32,000 bases of DNA from Candidatus Syntropharchaeum caldarium (lineage in GTDB: Archaea > Halobacteriota > Syntropharchaeia > Syntropharchaeales > Syntropharchaeaceae), in assembly GCA_001766815.1 (NCBI GenBank), contig LYOS01000001.1:420001-452000 (forward strand), in the 5' to 3' direction. Positions 6,232-16,571 of the stretch are shown one piece after another. Each line of letters begins with the position of its first letter. The first letter of the stretch is position 1. Made by a program: the position numbers and the translations under genes. The notes beneath the pieces were generated by a model. It made no database searches and was not told the DNA's origin. It was given only the letters and a program-made list of their open reading frames with translations.

Positions 6232-7373
6232 TATATCATTCCAATATCGCTGATTCTGGAATTTGCAGAACAACCGATTGTTGTTAGCACATCCTTGATA
6301 GTCTCAAGCGGTGCGTTACTCTTGAATCCTGTCCCGGAAAAATGAACCCTTGATGCCTCAAAGCCACGATCAATGAGTGTGTTGAGCAGATCATTGATCT
6401 TTGAAGGTGTCACACCGGTCCGTTTGCATAGCAGATGATGATCATAGAAGTAAGGAATATCGATCTCACCTGCAAGGTATCCAAGAAGCTTCATCTCCTC
6501 AAATCGTCTATTAAATTCCGATCTCTCAAGATATGCGATGGTCTTCTCTACAATATCCTTATTGAATGTTCTTCCAAGATACATCGGTCCTGTATATCGA
6601 AGACTGTGCCCACAGAGTGGACATATTGAATCGCTCCTGAGAAGATCCTCCTCTGCCGACCTGAATCCACATCCAGAGCAGTGGATAATGTATCCCATCT
6701 TCTCAATTACAGCATCTGTCTTTCTTGCCCCAGCTTCGACCGCTACGATCAGTCTTACAAAATGTCTCTTTGCATAGCATAAAATTGGGTGTACTGCTTT
6801 TTCATGGCGCATCAGATCCCTTGCAACCCTTCCAAGGAGAATTCTAAGCCCAACCTCGCTGTGATATTCGGTGTTAAGCGGGCGAGCATCATACTTCTGT
6901 ATCCCTCCCCTGTGTGATCCACATAAGGATGCAGTATCAGTGGCTGTTACAAGCAGGATATGTCTGACTGAGAAGGAGGCTGCATCAAGTATCCATGACG
7001 GCGTGCCAAATGGATCGAGGTCAACGATATCATACCGTTTCTTCAGAAGAAGCAACCTGCAATCCTCCTGCGAAATCGACGCCCCAGCTCCATTGAGTTT
7101 CACATTTTCATCGATACAATCAAAAGCCCTCCTGCTCCTGTCGTTGATCGTGACATCACTCAAACCAACCTCTTTTGCAACCCTCAACCCCCTCACCCCT
7201 GTTCCTGCCAGTGCATCGATGTATGAGGCATCAGAACCAAGATCCAGCGATGCGAGTGCAGCCACATCTATATCCCGTGTGATCTCCATTTCAGGGTTGT
7301 AGAAGACACCGCCACTTTCAGGGAGCTTAATCTGTACCTTTCCCTCGCTGATCATCTTCCAGTTCATCTGCAT
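6231..7373 (-). CDS. trm1: tRNA (guanine(26)-N2)-dimethyltransferase Trm1
   Basis: Contains VFYNPEMEITRDI, DALAGTGVRGLR and the C-terminal Cys4 element CSGCG...CPLCG typical of archaeal Trm1. The start could instead be ATG 7367, which has GAGGT 6 nt upstream, or 7355. Confidence 0.9.
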   Translation of the reverse strand: MQMNWKMISEGKVQIKLPESGGVFYNPEMEITRDIDVAALASLDLGSDASYIDALAGTGVRGLRVAKEVGLSDVTINDRSRRAFDCIDENVKLNGAGASISQEDCRLLLLKKRYDIVDLDPFGTPSWILDAASFSVRHILLVTATDTASLCGSHRGGIQKYDARPLNTEYHSEVGLRILLGRVARDLMRHEKAVHPILCYAKRHFVRLIVAVEAGARKTDAVIEKMGYIIHCSGCGFRSAEEDLLRSDSICPLCGHSLRYTGPMYLGRTFNKDIVEKTIAYLERSEFNRRFEEMKLLGYLAGEIDIPYFYDHHLLCKRTGVTPSKINDLLNTLIDRGFEASRVHFSGTGFKSNAPLETIKDVLTTIGCSANSRISDIGMI

Positions 7374-8325
7374 ACCTCAATGTTAGATCCCTCACATACT
7401 CGCCCATCCAGCCTTTCCTGATAAATTTGGGGTAGATTGCAAGCCGCTCTTTCAGGATGTGTGGCGCAATCTTCTCTTTCAGTTCTTCCAGCACTGGCCA
7501 GGGTGCTTCGGGATTGATATAATCCATGGTAACACATGAAATACCGCCAAGATCAGTGACACCGCATTCAATGAGCTTTTCAAAGGAGGTGAGGTTTGGT
7601 GGAACCTGAATAGCAATCTCCTCAGGGAGTATCTTTCTCGCCATGGTCACCACATCCCGAATCTCTTCAAATGCTGGCACTGGTGATGATGCCATCTCTG
7701 TTCCTTTTTTTGGATGAAATGGCTGAATTATAACCTCCTGAATATGCCCATATTCCTCGTGAATCCTTGCAATCTCCTTCAACGATTCGATCCTGTCCGA
7801 TCGTCTTTCACCGATGCCGATGAGTAGTCCTGTTGTAAATGGTATCCTGAGTTTGCCTGCATTCTCAATCATTTCAATTCGTAGACGTGGGTCTTTGCCT
7901 GGGGATCTCTCGTGGGCTTTGATTTTTGCTGTTGTCTCAAGCATCAGGCCCATACTTGCATTATAGGGTTTTATAGATCTCAAATCATCATATTCTATAA
8001 CTCCCATGTTGCTATGTGGGAGAAGCCCTCTTTCTATCGCCATTTTACAGAGATCGATAAGATATTCTGTCATCTTTGAATATCCAAGCTCAGCAAGCAG
8101 GGTTGTGCCAGCTTCTGTCTCCTCAATTCTCTCACCAAATGTGAACAGTGCCTCCTTTGCATCCCCCTTCTGGTCCAGGATGGATTTAACCTCGCGTGGC
8201 GACATCAGGTAGCCTTCTCCATCCTCGATTCTCTTTTTAAAACCACAGTATGCACAGTCGTTCCTGCAGAGGTTTGTAACAGGTATGAATATATTCTTTG
8301 AATATGTCACGGTCCCTGGAGGCAT
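7327..8325 (-). CDS. cofG: 7,8-didemethyl-8-hydroxy-5-deazariboflavin (FO) synthase subunit CofG, radical SAM
   Basis: The N-terminus VTYSKNIFIPVTNLCRNDCAYCGF carries the CxxxCxxC cluster. Also present are IPFTTGLLIGIGE and QPF. Length is 332 aa. Confidence 0.9.
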   Translation of the reverse strand: MPPGTVTYSKNIFIPVTNLCRNDCAYCGFKKRIEDGEGYLMSPREVKSILDQKGDAKEALFTFGERIEETEAGTTLLAELGYSKMTEYLIDLCKMAIERGLLPHSNMGVIEYDDLRSIKPYNASMGLMLETTAKIKAHERSPGKDPRLRIEMIENAGKLRIPFTTGLLIGIGERRSDRIESLKEIARIHEEYGHIQEVIIQPFHPKKGTEMASSPVPAFEEIRDVVTMARKILPEEIAIQVPPNLTSFEKLIECGVTDLGGISCVTMDYINPEAPWPVLEELKEKIAPHILKERLAIYPKFIRKGWMGEYVRDLTLRYADELEDDQRGKGTD

Positions 8326-8358
8326 AAGTTTATACCATATCCATGACTCATAAGTTTT
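8326..8358. promoter_or_regulatory. 33-bp divergent intergenic region with two back-to-back TATA-like boxes
   Basis: TTTATA 8329-8334 lies about 27 nt upstream of ATG 8359. On the other strand AAACTTAT (8350-8357) lies about 28 nt upstream of the cofG ATG (8325). This spacing implies leaderless transcripts in both directions. Confidence 0.35.
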
Positions 8359-9519
8359 ATGGAACCAAAAAAAAGTTTCTCAACAATCTCAATTCATGGA
8401 ACAGGGAGGCGGGATAAACCATATAAAGCCGTCGTCGATCCCATCGTCCAGAATACAACTTTTCTCCTCGATGATATCACAGACCTTGAGGGCATCACAG
8501 CCAGCAAGGGTTACGTCTATTCACGTGTTGGAAACCCCACTCAAGCCGCACTCGAAGAACGCATACGGCTCCTTGAAGGCGGCGAATCTGCACTTGCGTT
8601 TGCATCAGGGATGGCAGCAATCTCTTCTACATTGATTACGCTCCTGAAGAAGCGAGACCACATCATATCAGATGAGGTGATCTATGGGTGTACACGCGAT
8701 CTTTTTGAAGGACTTTCTGCAAAGATGGGGATCGAGATTGATTATATAGATCTTTCAGATCCGTCAAACCTCAGGGACGCAATCAAGGAGAGTACAAGAC
8801 TCGTATTCTTTGAAACCCCTGCAAATCCGACGATGAAGCTTATTGATATAAAAGCGATCGCAAATATTGCTAAAAGTCATGGTTTACGGGTTGTTGTCGA
8901 TAATACCTTCGCAACACCATTCATTCAGCGCCCACTGGAACTTGGTGCCGATATTGTTATTCACAGCGCAACAAAGTACATCGGTGGGCATGGTGATGCG
9001 ATCGGTGGTGTTCTTGTTGCAGATCAGGAACTTGCCAGAAGGGTGAGATCAACATCCCTCAAGGACTTTGGTGGGTGCATAAGTCCATTCAATGCATGGC
9101 TTCTCATACGGGGCCTGAAGACGCTTGGTGTGAGGATGCTTGTGCACGACAGGAACGCAAATAAAGTTGCACACTTCCTTGAAGATGAAAAAGAGGTTGA
9201 ATCAGTGATCTATCCATATCTTTCTTCGCATCCACAGCATAAGCTTGCAAAGCGACAGATGACCTGCGGTGGTGGTATGATCGCGTTTTACATGAAAAGT
9301 GAGGCAGCTGTGAAGAAGCTTCTGGGAAATGTCAGGCTATGTTCACCTGCTGTCAGTCTTGGAAGCGTTGAAACACTGATCGAGCATCCTTACTCGATGA
9401 CGCACGCCAATTATCCGAAGAAAGAGCAGATCGGGATCAATAAACGTCTTGTGAGAATCTCCGTGGGGCTCGAAGATCCTGAGGATATCATAACAGACCT
9501 GAAGGAGGCACTTGAATGA
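8359..9519 (+). CDS. Cys/Met-metabolism PLP-dependent enzyme (methionine gamma-lyase / cystathionine gamma-synthase / O-acetylhomoserine sulfhydrylase family)
   Basis: YSRVGNPT, DNTFATP and the PLP-lysine motif HSATKYIGGHGD are present. Length is 386 aa. Confidence 0.85.
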   Translation: MEPKKSFSTISIHGTGRRDKPYKAVVDPIVQNTTFLLDDITDLEGITASKGYVYSRVGNPTQAALEERIRLLEGGESALAFASGMAAISSTLITLLKKRDHIISDEVIYGCTRDLFEGLSAKMGIEIDYIDLSDPSNLRDAIKESTRLVFFETPANPTMKLIDIKAIANIAKSHGLRVVVDNTFATPFIQRPLELGADIVIHSATKYIGGHGDAIGGVLVADQELARRVRSTSLKDFGGCISPFNAWLLIRGLKTLGVRMLVHDRNANKVAHFLEDEKEVESVIYPYLSSHPQHKLAKRQMTCGGGMIAFYMKSEAAVKKLLGNVRLCSPAVSLGSVETLIEHPYSMTHANYPKKEQIGINKRLVRISVGLEDPEDIITDLKEALE

Positions 9520-9728
9520 TCGATGAAATCTTTGATCCAGAGCTTGAAAAATGGCTTGGAAAGCATGTTGAGGTGCTGATAGAGGTTGTGTGCCTTGATG
9601 GCGATAAGAAATCACTCACCATTTCTGGGGTTCTGAATCGAGAGCCATTTGGGTATCTGATAGAGGATGATGCAGGAGCTGAATATCTCATCGATTCCGA
9701 GATTATTGTAAAAATAAGAGAGATTTAG
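9516..9728 (+). CDS. Small hypothetical protein (70 aa), translationally coupled to the upstream gene
   Basis: ATGA start/stop overlap with the PLP enzyme gene. The sequence is an acidic, beta-rich-looking protein with no recognised motif. Confidence 0.45.
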   Translation: MIDEIFDPELEKWLGKHVEVLIEVVCLDGDKKSLTISGVLNREPFGYLIEDDAGAEYLIDSEIIVKIREI

Positions 9729-9750
9729 GGGGTGTTAATCCACCAACCCT

Positions 9751-11184
9751 TCATCTCTTTTTATAGTAGTACACCCCTATTCCTGCTGCAATTATCGCCA
9801 CAATCAATATCACGCCCACTAAAGTTGCGCCATTTCTCGAGGTCTTCGCAGGTGCAGGTGTCGTCGCGGTGGGACTCTTCTCCTGGACATTTGTCTCTTC
9901 CTCTGGATTTGTCTCGGTGAAATAATCTGCTGGTATTGCAGGACTCGTCTCAGGTAGCATCAGTGCAAAGGGTGTGAAGTGCTCAACCTTGGTGGTAGCC
10001 GTATGCGCAGTGGTATCTATCGTGGTATCAAGGGTGTTCCAGCTTCCGTTCTCATAGACCTTTATCACAAGGTCTTCTTCATCGGCATTCTCGGGAATAT
10101 CTGCTGGGTCATATCTGAACTCAAGCTCAATTGCAGGATCGAAGGTTGCACCGTTCGGTCCAAACTCGTATGCAATTATTGCACCCTCGAACGAAACCTC
10201 CACCATCGAGATATAGCTCACAGAACTACCAGATCTACTCGTTGCAACTGTCCCTTCCTCTATTGTAAGGCTCGCTTTTCCATCATCCGATCTGAGTATC
10301 GTTGTTGACTTCACCTTTCCGTAAATATCGATCGGGACGTTGGTGGTTGTACTGCTTCCGCCCCCTCCCCCACCACCAACTACCTGGTTCTGAGTGGATG
10401 TTGGTGTAGGCGTAGGTGTCGGTGTAGGTGTAGGTGTTGATGTGCCTGACACGGTTATCGTCTCTGATGCAGTAACTGATGCGGCGTTGTCTGCACTCAG
10501 CGTCACGGTAACGGTCTTTGTTCCTGAGGAGGTTGCGTTTAGGGTCCAGCCTGGTGTGAATATGGCATCAGCGGCGATCGATGTGGATGTTGTTCCAGAT
10601 GAATCTTCAACCGTGAACCCTGAGGCTGAGATCGAGGCTACCGCATTCTGGATTGCGTAATCTCCTGAGTTCTGGGTTGTTACGTTGAATGTGAACGTAT
10701 CTCCCAGATCAACAGCGGTTGTTGTTGTGATCGTTGGTGTTGTGAATCTTGCAGGATCTTTCACCGTGACGCTCTCATAAACAGGAGATCCTGTAATGTC
10801 TGTTCCGCTCTGCTTGACATTGATCTGGATCTGGTTGGCGTACGATCCAGCACTGAATCCATATATTGTCCATGATTTTGTTACAGAGTTGCCTGCAGAG
10901 ATTGTCTGTGACTCTGTCTGATCCTGCAGGTCTGTCGTTGTTGCATTGAGGCTCAATCCCCCATTTGCAGATGAAAGATCGATCTCAATTGTGACACCTG
11001 ACTGGGATGTGGTTCCGGTATTTGAGACCTGTACAGTCAGTGTGATGCTGCTTCCTGTTGTAATCTCACTGCTTGATGTCGATGTTGTTATTGTGAGCCC
11101 TGATGCTGCTGCAGGCAAACTACATGAAAATAAAAGGATCAGAACCCATGTTAGAACTGATATTACTTTCTTCATTGCGATCAA
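9751..11184 (-). CDS. Secreted, membrane-anchored surface protein with a PGF-pre-PGF domain
   Basis: Signal peptide, Thr/Ser-rich beta-repeat region, (TP)n linker plus a Gly7 run, and a segment ending HFTPFALM typical of PGF-pre-PGF domains. The C-terminus is a TM helix followed by KKR. Confidence 0.8.
   Translation of the reverse strand: MIAMKKVISVLTWVLILLFSCSLPAAASGLTITTSTSSSEITTGSSITLTVQVSNTGTTSQSGVTIEIDLSSANGGLSLNATTTDLQDQTESQTISAGNSVTKSWTIYGFSAGSYANQIQINVKQSGTDITGSPVYESVTVKDPARFTTPTITTTTAVDLGDTFTFNVTTQNSGDYAIQNAVASISASGFTVEDSSGTTSTSIAADAIFTPGWTLNATSSGTKTVTVTLSADNAASVTASETITVSGTSTPTPTPTPTPTPTSTQNQVVGGGGGGGSSTTTNVPIDIYGKVKSTTILRSDDGKASLTIEEGTVATSRSGSSVSYISMVEVSFEGAIIAYEFGPNGATFDPAIELEFRYDPADIPENADEEDLVIKVYENGSWNTLDTTIDTTAHTATTKVEHFTPFALMLPETSPAIPADYFTETNPEEETNVQEKSPTATTPAPAKTSRNGATLVGVILIVAIIAAGIGVYYYKKR
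10403..10436 (-). repeat. Hexanucleotide (GGTGTA-like) tandem repeat encoding the TPTPTPTPTPT linker
   Basis: ggtgtaggcgtaggtgtcggtgtaggtgtaggtg is visible directly. An adjacent C/G-rich run at 10358-10378 encodes GGGGGGG. Confidence 0.7.
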
Positions 11185-14100
11185 CTCCTAACCATAAAAG
11201 CTTTGGATGCAATTGCTATCGTTGAACTTGTATCGAGCCTGATGTAGTAGGTACCAGTCGCACCTGGTGTGTACTGGATGGTTGTATTCGATTGTGTGAC
11301 CGTATCTGACTCTACTATCTCACCTGTCTCGTTGAAGATCTTCAATGTCGTTGTATTTATCCCTTCATAGATCACGGTTATATTCACGGTCTCGTTCAAT
11401 GTGAAGGTCGTTGTGTTAGCGGTTGCGTTCTGAACGATTATCTCTGCATCGATATTCGAGTTCGTAACATCGATTGAACGTTCTTTTGCACCCATACTAC
11501 CATCCGCAGCTGTGACGATCGCTTTTATGCTGTATATCCCTGGTTGTGCCGTCTGTGGCAGATCGAGTGTGACCGATACCGGCATCGAGGTTGCTGTTGT
11601 CTCGTTGTAGTCAAGTATCCTGTGTGATGGGCTGAGCAGGAGAACTTCAACCTTTGCAGGTGTTGTAGCGCCGCCTGCTCCAATTGTCGTATTTATCGTG
11701 CTCCCTGCTGTTGTCTCATTGGCCGAGCTTATCGTAACATCGAAGCTCTTTACAAAGAACGGTACCCCTCCCCCGGCGACAGTTGATCCATCCGATGCGA
11801 TGACAAGGGCGAAGTACTCACCTGAGATGCCGTTTGAGGTATCGTAGGTTGCCGTGTAGTTACCTGTTGACTCATGGGTCACGTTGAGTTCGTACTCATC
11901 CCCGGGTCCAAATACGATCAGTTTGCCTGGTGTACCCATATCGGTCTGGAGGGTTACATCACAGGGTCCGGTTGAGTTTGTCACGTTTATCGTGAATTGG
12001 ACGGTGTCACTGGTTTGGTACTCAAACGCATCGGTTGTGATCGAGACTGAGAGATCGGTTATAAAGATCGGTATCTCCTCTATGCAGGACTCACCATTTC
12101 CTGATGCCTCTGCTTCTATGATGAAGGGCGGTGTTCCAACCATCCTCATATCCCGCATAGGAATTGAGGTGTTTCCTGTGAAGTTATCACTGTCAAGCGT
12201 GAAGTTGATCCAGCCTGTACCGTTCAGGATCGAGAGCCCGGTTCTTGTGATGCGTGGACCTGGTATACCCAACGCATCCCGTTCATCTTCTGGCATGAAG
12301 AGTTCCCATGGCATCCCGACCGAGAAATTGAGCGTGCCGTTTGAGACTGCGGTGCCGTTGAGGTTGGTCACGTAGACCGAAAGATTCACGCTATCGTTGA
12401 GTTTGTATGGTTCAAAGATATCTCTTTCTGAGAGGAACTTCATCTCGAGGTTGCCGAGGACTTCAAATTCTGTGAACTCAAAGGCAGACGGCTCCCCAAT
12501 GGTTGTATTAACGAGTATCACGATCAGCTCATAGAAGCCTGGATCCAGCCCTGTGGTATTATACGATCCTGTGTAGGTGGTCGATCCACTGATATTTATC
12601 GTGCTCATTGTCCCCTCGTCAGGATTCATCACTACCACTGTCCCATTCTTTCCATTCATCGCTGCAGTAATCCCTGCATCAAAGGGATCGCTGAATGAGA
12701 CGCTCGCATTGTGGTAGAAGTTGAGACCACTCACCGTGTTGCCAGACTGATTGGACACACTCACGGTTATGTTCACCGTATTTCCTTCGTAATACTCGTT
12801 GTGGTCGGTATCAACCTCGATCTCAAACTCAGGGACAAATGCAAACGCCTCTGCATAGGAGGTTGAACTGCCATTTGTTGCTGTAAGTGAGAATATGCAG
12901 GGACCTGTATTGCTTATCGTATAATTCAGCGTTGCTTTTCCGTTTGAATCGGTTGTAACAGGCGAAATAGATGTGTTGACATCCTCCCAGTTTCCCATCG
13001 GATTCCAGTGCACCGCAACCGTGATATTAGCCCCTGCGATCGGTGTTCCGTCAAACTCGGTTGTCTGCAGATATACTCTCACAAGGTCGTTCAGCCTGTA
13101 CTTTTCCTGGTCCGTGTATGCGGTGAACTTAAAGTCCTGTACCATGAGTGGCCTGTGATCTCTTGCATAGTGCGTATTGTTGGCGTTACCGGTGAATGTG
13201 AGGAAGTAGTTTCCTGAATGATCGGGTGCTGTGAACGTGATTGTTGTCTTCCCATCACTGCCTGTTGTGTTTGAGGCTTTTAGAACCTTCCACCACTGAT
13301 TATCGCCAGGATATGTTGCATAAAGATCGACCGTCATATTTGGGATCACATTTCCCGATAGATCTGTTGCCGTAACACGAACGTTTACAGTGCTTCCAGG
13401 TTCTGCTGTCATATCATTCATCCTGATCTCAAGCCTTGAATTTGTCAGGACAAAAGTTTGTCCACCCCGTATAAACTGTGAGTGTGTTCTATTTATTGCA
13501 TCCACGATGAGCATATATTCACCTGGGTTGAGTCCTGTTGATGGTATACTGATACCTGAGGAGGTTGTACCACTCATCATGAGTGTGGGCTTTGCAAGTT
13601 TGTCAGCTGAGTATGTGTAGACGTGGTATCTGTACTCATCGACTGCAAAACCATCTGGTATATTGAAGTTTGCAGTTATGTTATTTCCCTCGCTCACACG
13701 ATCATCCATAAACATGTACGAATTCTCAACGGCCGGCATCTGCGGGAGATCAACGGTGACATCCGAGCCGTTTATCGTGATATTTCGCGTAAACGCTGAG
13801 ACATTACCCCACATCTTGAAGACAAAGTCGTACGTCCCGTTTGGCAGGTAAACATCATCATAAAACCCGTATGGCTGGTTATACCCGGTGATTAATGTTA
13901 CAATGCTATCGTTAAACGGTGCGTGGTTGTTCGTTGCATTATTCCGTACCTCTATCGTCAGGCCCTGGGTGTTTCCTGAAAAGTTGAACGTGACGTTGTA
14001 GCCCTTTTCAAGCGTGGGTGATATCAAGGTCACGCCACCCTGGGTAAGTTCGCTCAGCCTGGAATAGTTTACAAAGTTTGTGCTGTTTTTAAAGACGATG

Positions 14101-15164
14101 TCCTCTGTGTCTGTCATTATCGATAGATTGTAGCTTCTCTGAGGCGAATAAGCTGTTGTGAAGTAGTACTGGCTCCAGGAAGCTGTGTCGTTGAGTGTTC
14201 CGTTATCAACCCTTGCGGATACGTTGAACGTGCTCTCATTACCCGCAAAGTACTGCCTGTCCATGACAAAACTTATGTTACTCCCGGAGATCGATGCAAT
14301 ACCTGTCTCGAGTGGTGAACCTCCCGCCGATAGATAACTCTCCCCTGTTGTACCGTTGTAGGAAGCGGTAAAATCTGGCATATCACCAAGACTTGTATTG
14401 ATTGATATCTGGTATTCGTAATCTGTTGAATTGGGAATTGATCCGTTTAACTGCAGCATGAGAAGAAGGCTCTCGTTGTTATCGCCTCCATAGACCTTCG
14501 TGAGGTTTGCATAATCTGGAAGTGTAGGATCTGGTAGGGTATCGGTGATATTCCATGTGGCGTTTGGTTCTGGAATGGACGCATTGCGGGTGTATGATGT
14601 GAATGTTGTATACTCACCAAAACCTGTTGAAATATCGTATTCATACTTTGTCGCCCTGATATCATTCTCGGATGATAGTGGGCTTTCCATCTGGATGCTT
14701 AAGTTTGCAGCAGGTCTCAGTGGGACATCCACGATGTTGTATGTGCTGTTTAGGTACGTGATATTGAAGTTCTGTACATCGTTCACGTCATAGCGACAAA
14801 TACTGTAGTTTAGAAACTGGATGCCAATGTTTGTTGAATGGGATGCATAATCCCTACCAGCTGTTGACTGGTTATCTCCGCCCAGGACGTACAGAAAATG
14901 ATACAGCGATGAACTGGCATTACTGTATAATACAACACCACTTGCAGATGAATTATTGAACTCATACTCTCCCTGATTCAGGTTATTTGAATCGTACTGT
15001 GTCGTGCCGTTTGCAAAGAATACTGTTGAGTTCGGGATTAAAGATCCTGTCGATGCATCTTTAACCCTTATCTCAAGCGTTGAAGCAGACGTGAACGGTA
15101 CACTCACCGAAATTACGACTGCAAGTACCAATACTAATGTCATTACTTTACTTTTTTTATTCAT
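11181..15164 (-). CDS. Large secreted cell-surface (S-layer-like) glycoprotein candidate, 1327 aa
   Basis: Signal peptide MNKKSKVMTLVLVLAVVISVSVPFTSA. There are at least ten N-x-S/T sequons in the first ~165 aa and many more throughout. Repeated Ig-like/bMG-like beta modules occur (LEIRVKDASTG..., LEIRMNDMTAEPGSTVNVRV...). The gene overlaps the downstream surface gene by 4 nt. Confidence 0.85.
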   Translation of the reverse strand: MNKKSKVMTLVLVLAVVISVSVPFTSASTLEIRVKDASTGSLIPNSTVFFANGTTQYDSNNLNQGEYEFNNSSASGVVLYSNASSSLYHFLYVLGGDNQSTAGRDYASHSTNIGIQFLNYSICRYDVNDVQNFNITYLNSTYNIVDVPLRPAANLSIQMESPLSSENDIRATKYEYDISTGFGEYTTFTSYTRNASIPEPNATWNITDTLPDPTLPDYANLTKVYGGDNNESLLLMLQLNGSIPNSTDYEYQISINTSLGDMPDFTASYNGTTGESYLSAGGSPLETGIASISGSNISFVMDRQYFAGNESTFNVSARVDNGTLNDTASWSQYYFTTAYSPQRSYNLSIMTDTEDIVFKNSTNFVNYSRLSELTQGGVTLISPTLEKGYNVTFNFSGNTQGLTIEVRNNATNNHAPFNDSIVTLITGYNQPYGFYDDVYLPNGTYDFVFKMWGNVSAFTRNITINGSDVTVDLPQMPAVENSYMFMDDRVSEGNNITANFNIPDGFAVDEYRYHVYTYSADKLAKPTLMMSGTTSSGISIPSTGLNPGEYMLIVDAINRTHSQFIRGGQTFVLTNSRLEIRMNDMTAEPGSTVNVRVTATDLSGNVIPNMTVDLYATYPGDNQWWKVLKASNTTGSDGKTTITFTAPDHSGNYFLTFTGNANNTHYARDHRPLMVQDFKFTAYTDQEKYRLNDLVRVYLQTTEFDGTPIAGANITVAVHWNPMGNWEDVNTSISPVTTDSNGKATLNYTISNTGPCIFSLTATNGSSTSYAEAFAFVPEFEIEVDTDHNEYYEGNTVNITVSVSNQSGNTVSGLNFYHNASVSFSDPFDAGITAAMNGKNGTVVVMNPDEGTMSTINISGSTTYTGSYNTTGLDPGFYELIVILVNTTIGEPSAFEFTEFEVLGNLEMKFLSERDIFEPYKLNDSVNLSVYVTNLNGTAVSNGTLNFSVGMPWELFMPEDERDALGIPGPRITRTGLSILNGTGWINFTLDSDNFTGNTSIPMRDMRMVGTPPFIIEAEASGNGESCIEEIPIFITDLSVSITTDAFEYQTSDTVQFTINVTNSTGPCDVTLQTDMGTPGKLIVFGPGDEYELNVTHESTGNYTATYDTSNGISGEYFALVIASDGSTVAGGGVPFFVKSFDVTISSANETTAGSTINTTIGAGGATTPAKVEVLLLSPSHRILDYNETTATSMPVSVTLDLPQTAQPGIYSIKAIVTAADGSMGAKERSIDVTNSNIDAEIIVQNATANTTTFTLNETVNITVIYEGINTTTLKIFNETGEIVESDTVTQSNTTIQYTPGATGTYYIRLDTSSTIAIASKAFMVRS

Positions 15165-15333
15165 AATGCTGACCCCCCGATCAGATTTACTTCAAATATC
15201 TATTATACTTTTACTTAGATATGTATAAAAGCATTGACTGTATTCTAAAAATAGTTTCCTATATATTGGTGTAAATTTTACTAATATGTGTTTATTTTGA
15301 TAGGGCGACGATTCCTGGATATAGCATCATTAT

Positions 15334-15343
15334 TTTAAATATC
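15334..15343 (+). promoter_or_regulatory. TATA-like box (TTTTAAATAT) for the cfbE operon
   Basis: Centred about 25 nt upstream of ATG 15363 in an AT-rich divergent intergenic region. This spacing implies a leaderless or very short-leader mRNA. Confidence 0.35.
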
Positions 15344-15362
15344 TCCTCCCATCCTATATCTG

Positions 15363-16571
15363 ATGAAGTTGTTGAGGATTCAGGGCACACCTCTGGATGC
15401 AGAGAAGACGATACTCGTCATTGATCTGACGCATGGAGGTAGAACGCTTGGCAGGGCGATCGAACGTTACTCTACTGCAAGAGTTCTGCTCTATGATCTC
15501 TATGGAAAAGATAAGGGATCTGCGATACCAGACTTTGATCTCTGTATCTCTCCACTCCACTCACCTGTGATGAATCCCATCTTGTTGAGAGATGAGCGCG
15601 TGATCTCCCATCACCGTGCAACAGGAGATATTCTCAGGGAGTTTAAGAAGCATCTGGGCTGCAGGATCGTCGAGATCACCGGCACAAAGGGCAAGACATC
15701 GGTTGCAACACTGTTAAAGATGATGCTTGGTAGGGAGATGCGTGTGCTTTCACTGACAAGTCGTGGGGTCGAGTACACCACATGTTCCAATCATTCCAGA
15801 TTTCTAAGGAGAGATCTGAGCATCACACCCGCACACACACTTGAAGCAATGGCAATTGCAGAATCAGAAGGTCTTGAGGTCGATATTGCGCTCTTTGAAG
15901 TTTCACTCGGGTTTACAGGAGCCGCCGATCTCAATGTCCTGACCTCCCTCAGGGGTGACTACCCAATCGCAGGCGGCATGCTTAAAGCTTCTGATGCAAA
16001 GAAGTACACGATGACGGATCTTGATGGAGAGGTGGTGGAACTTGATGATTCAGGTGGTGCACTTCCCGGTGGCATGCGATTTGGCAGGCGACAGCAGGAT
16101 AATCTTAAGCTTGCAATCTACACGGCTGAAAAGCTCGGGGTGTCGGTAGACACGATCGAGGCTGTATCTGCTTCTTCTTCGCAGATTCCATCGAGGATGG
16201 AGATTATAGAAAACGGGGACTGGGTCGTTGTGGATGACTCAAACCCTGCTTTTGATGTTGAGAACTTAACTCAGGGGATTGAGGAGATCCTGGAGGTTGA
16301 AGGTGAACATATCGTCATTGTAGGCGGTTCATACCGTGGAAGCTGCTCAAAAGTAGATCTGGATGGAGTCAGACGTGTAATCGATAGATACAGTGGAAAA
16401 ATCAGGTTCTATCTCAGCGGTGAGATTGGACAGGATCTCATCAGAGCAGGGGCAGCATACCCATTTCTCGAGGGAGGGATTGATGCAATGGTCGATGATG
16501 TGCGAGAACGTTCGAATGGAAATAAAGGGGTTATACTTATCTCGCGGAAGCAGGAGGAGGGGTATAGATGA
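15363..16571 (+). CDS. cfbE: Coenzyme F430 synthetase CfbE (Mur-ligase family)
   Basis: Mur-ligase P-loop [10 protein letters not shown], about 400 aa, and an ATGA overlap with the NflD/CfbD-type gene downstream. Confidence 0.75.
   Translation: MKLLRIQGTPLDAEKTILVIDLTHGGRTLGRAIERYSTARVLLYDLYGKDKGSAIPDFDLCISPLHSPVMNPILLRDERVISHHRATGDILREFKKHLGCRIVEITGTKGKTSVATLLKMMLGREMRVLSLTSRGVEYTTCSNHSRFLRRDLSITPAHTLEAMAIAESEGLEVDIALFEVSLGFTGAADLNVLTSLRGDYPIAGGMLKASDAKKYTMTDLDGEVVELDDSGGALPGGMRFGRRQQDNLKLAIYTAEKLGVSVDTIEAVSASSSQIPSRMEIIENGDWVVVDDSNPAFDVENLTQGIEEILEVEGEHIVIVGGSYRGSCSKVDLDGVRRVIDRYSGKIRFYLSGEIGQDLIRAGAAYPFLEGGIDAMVDDVRERSNGNKGVILISRKQEEGYR

Noticed and set aside
5947-7302. Plus-strand ORFs (132, 64, 79 and 143 aa) opposite the SAM-methyltransferase and trm1
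   Set aside because: The opposite strand encodes well-supported proteins. These ORFs show Ser/Leu/Pro-rich antisense composition.
10330-10660. Repetitive GGTGTA units and the + strand ORF MDVGVGVGVGVGV..., considered as a possible CRISPR or microsatellite locus
   Set aside because: The units are 6-nt repeats with no spacers. They encode the (TP)n linker of the minus-strand surface protein. The + strand ORF is its antisense.
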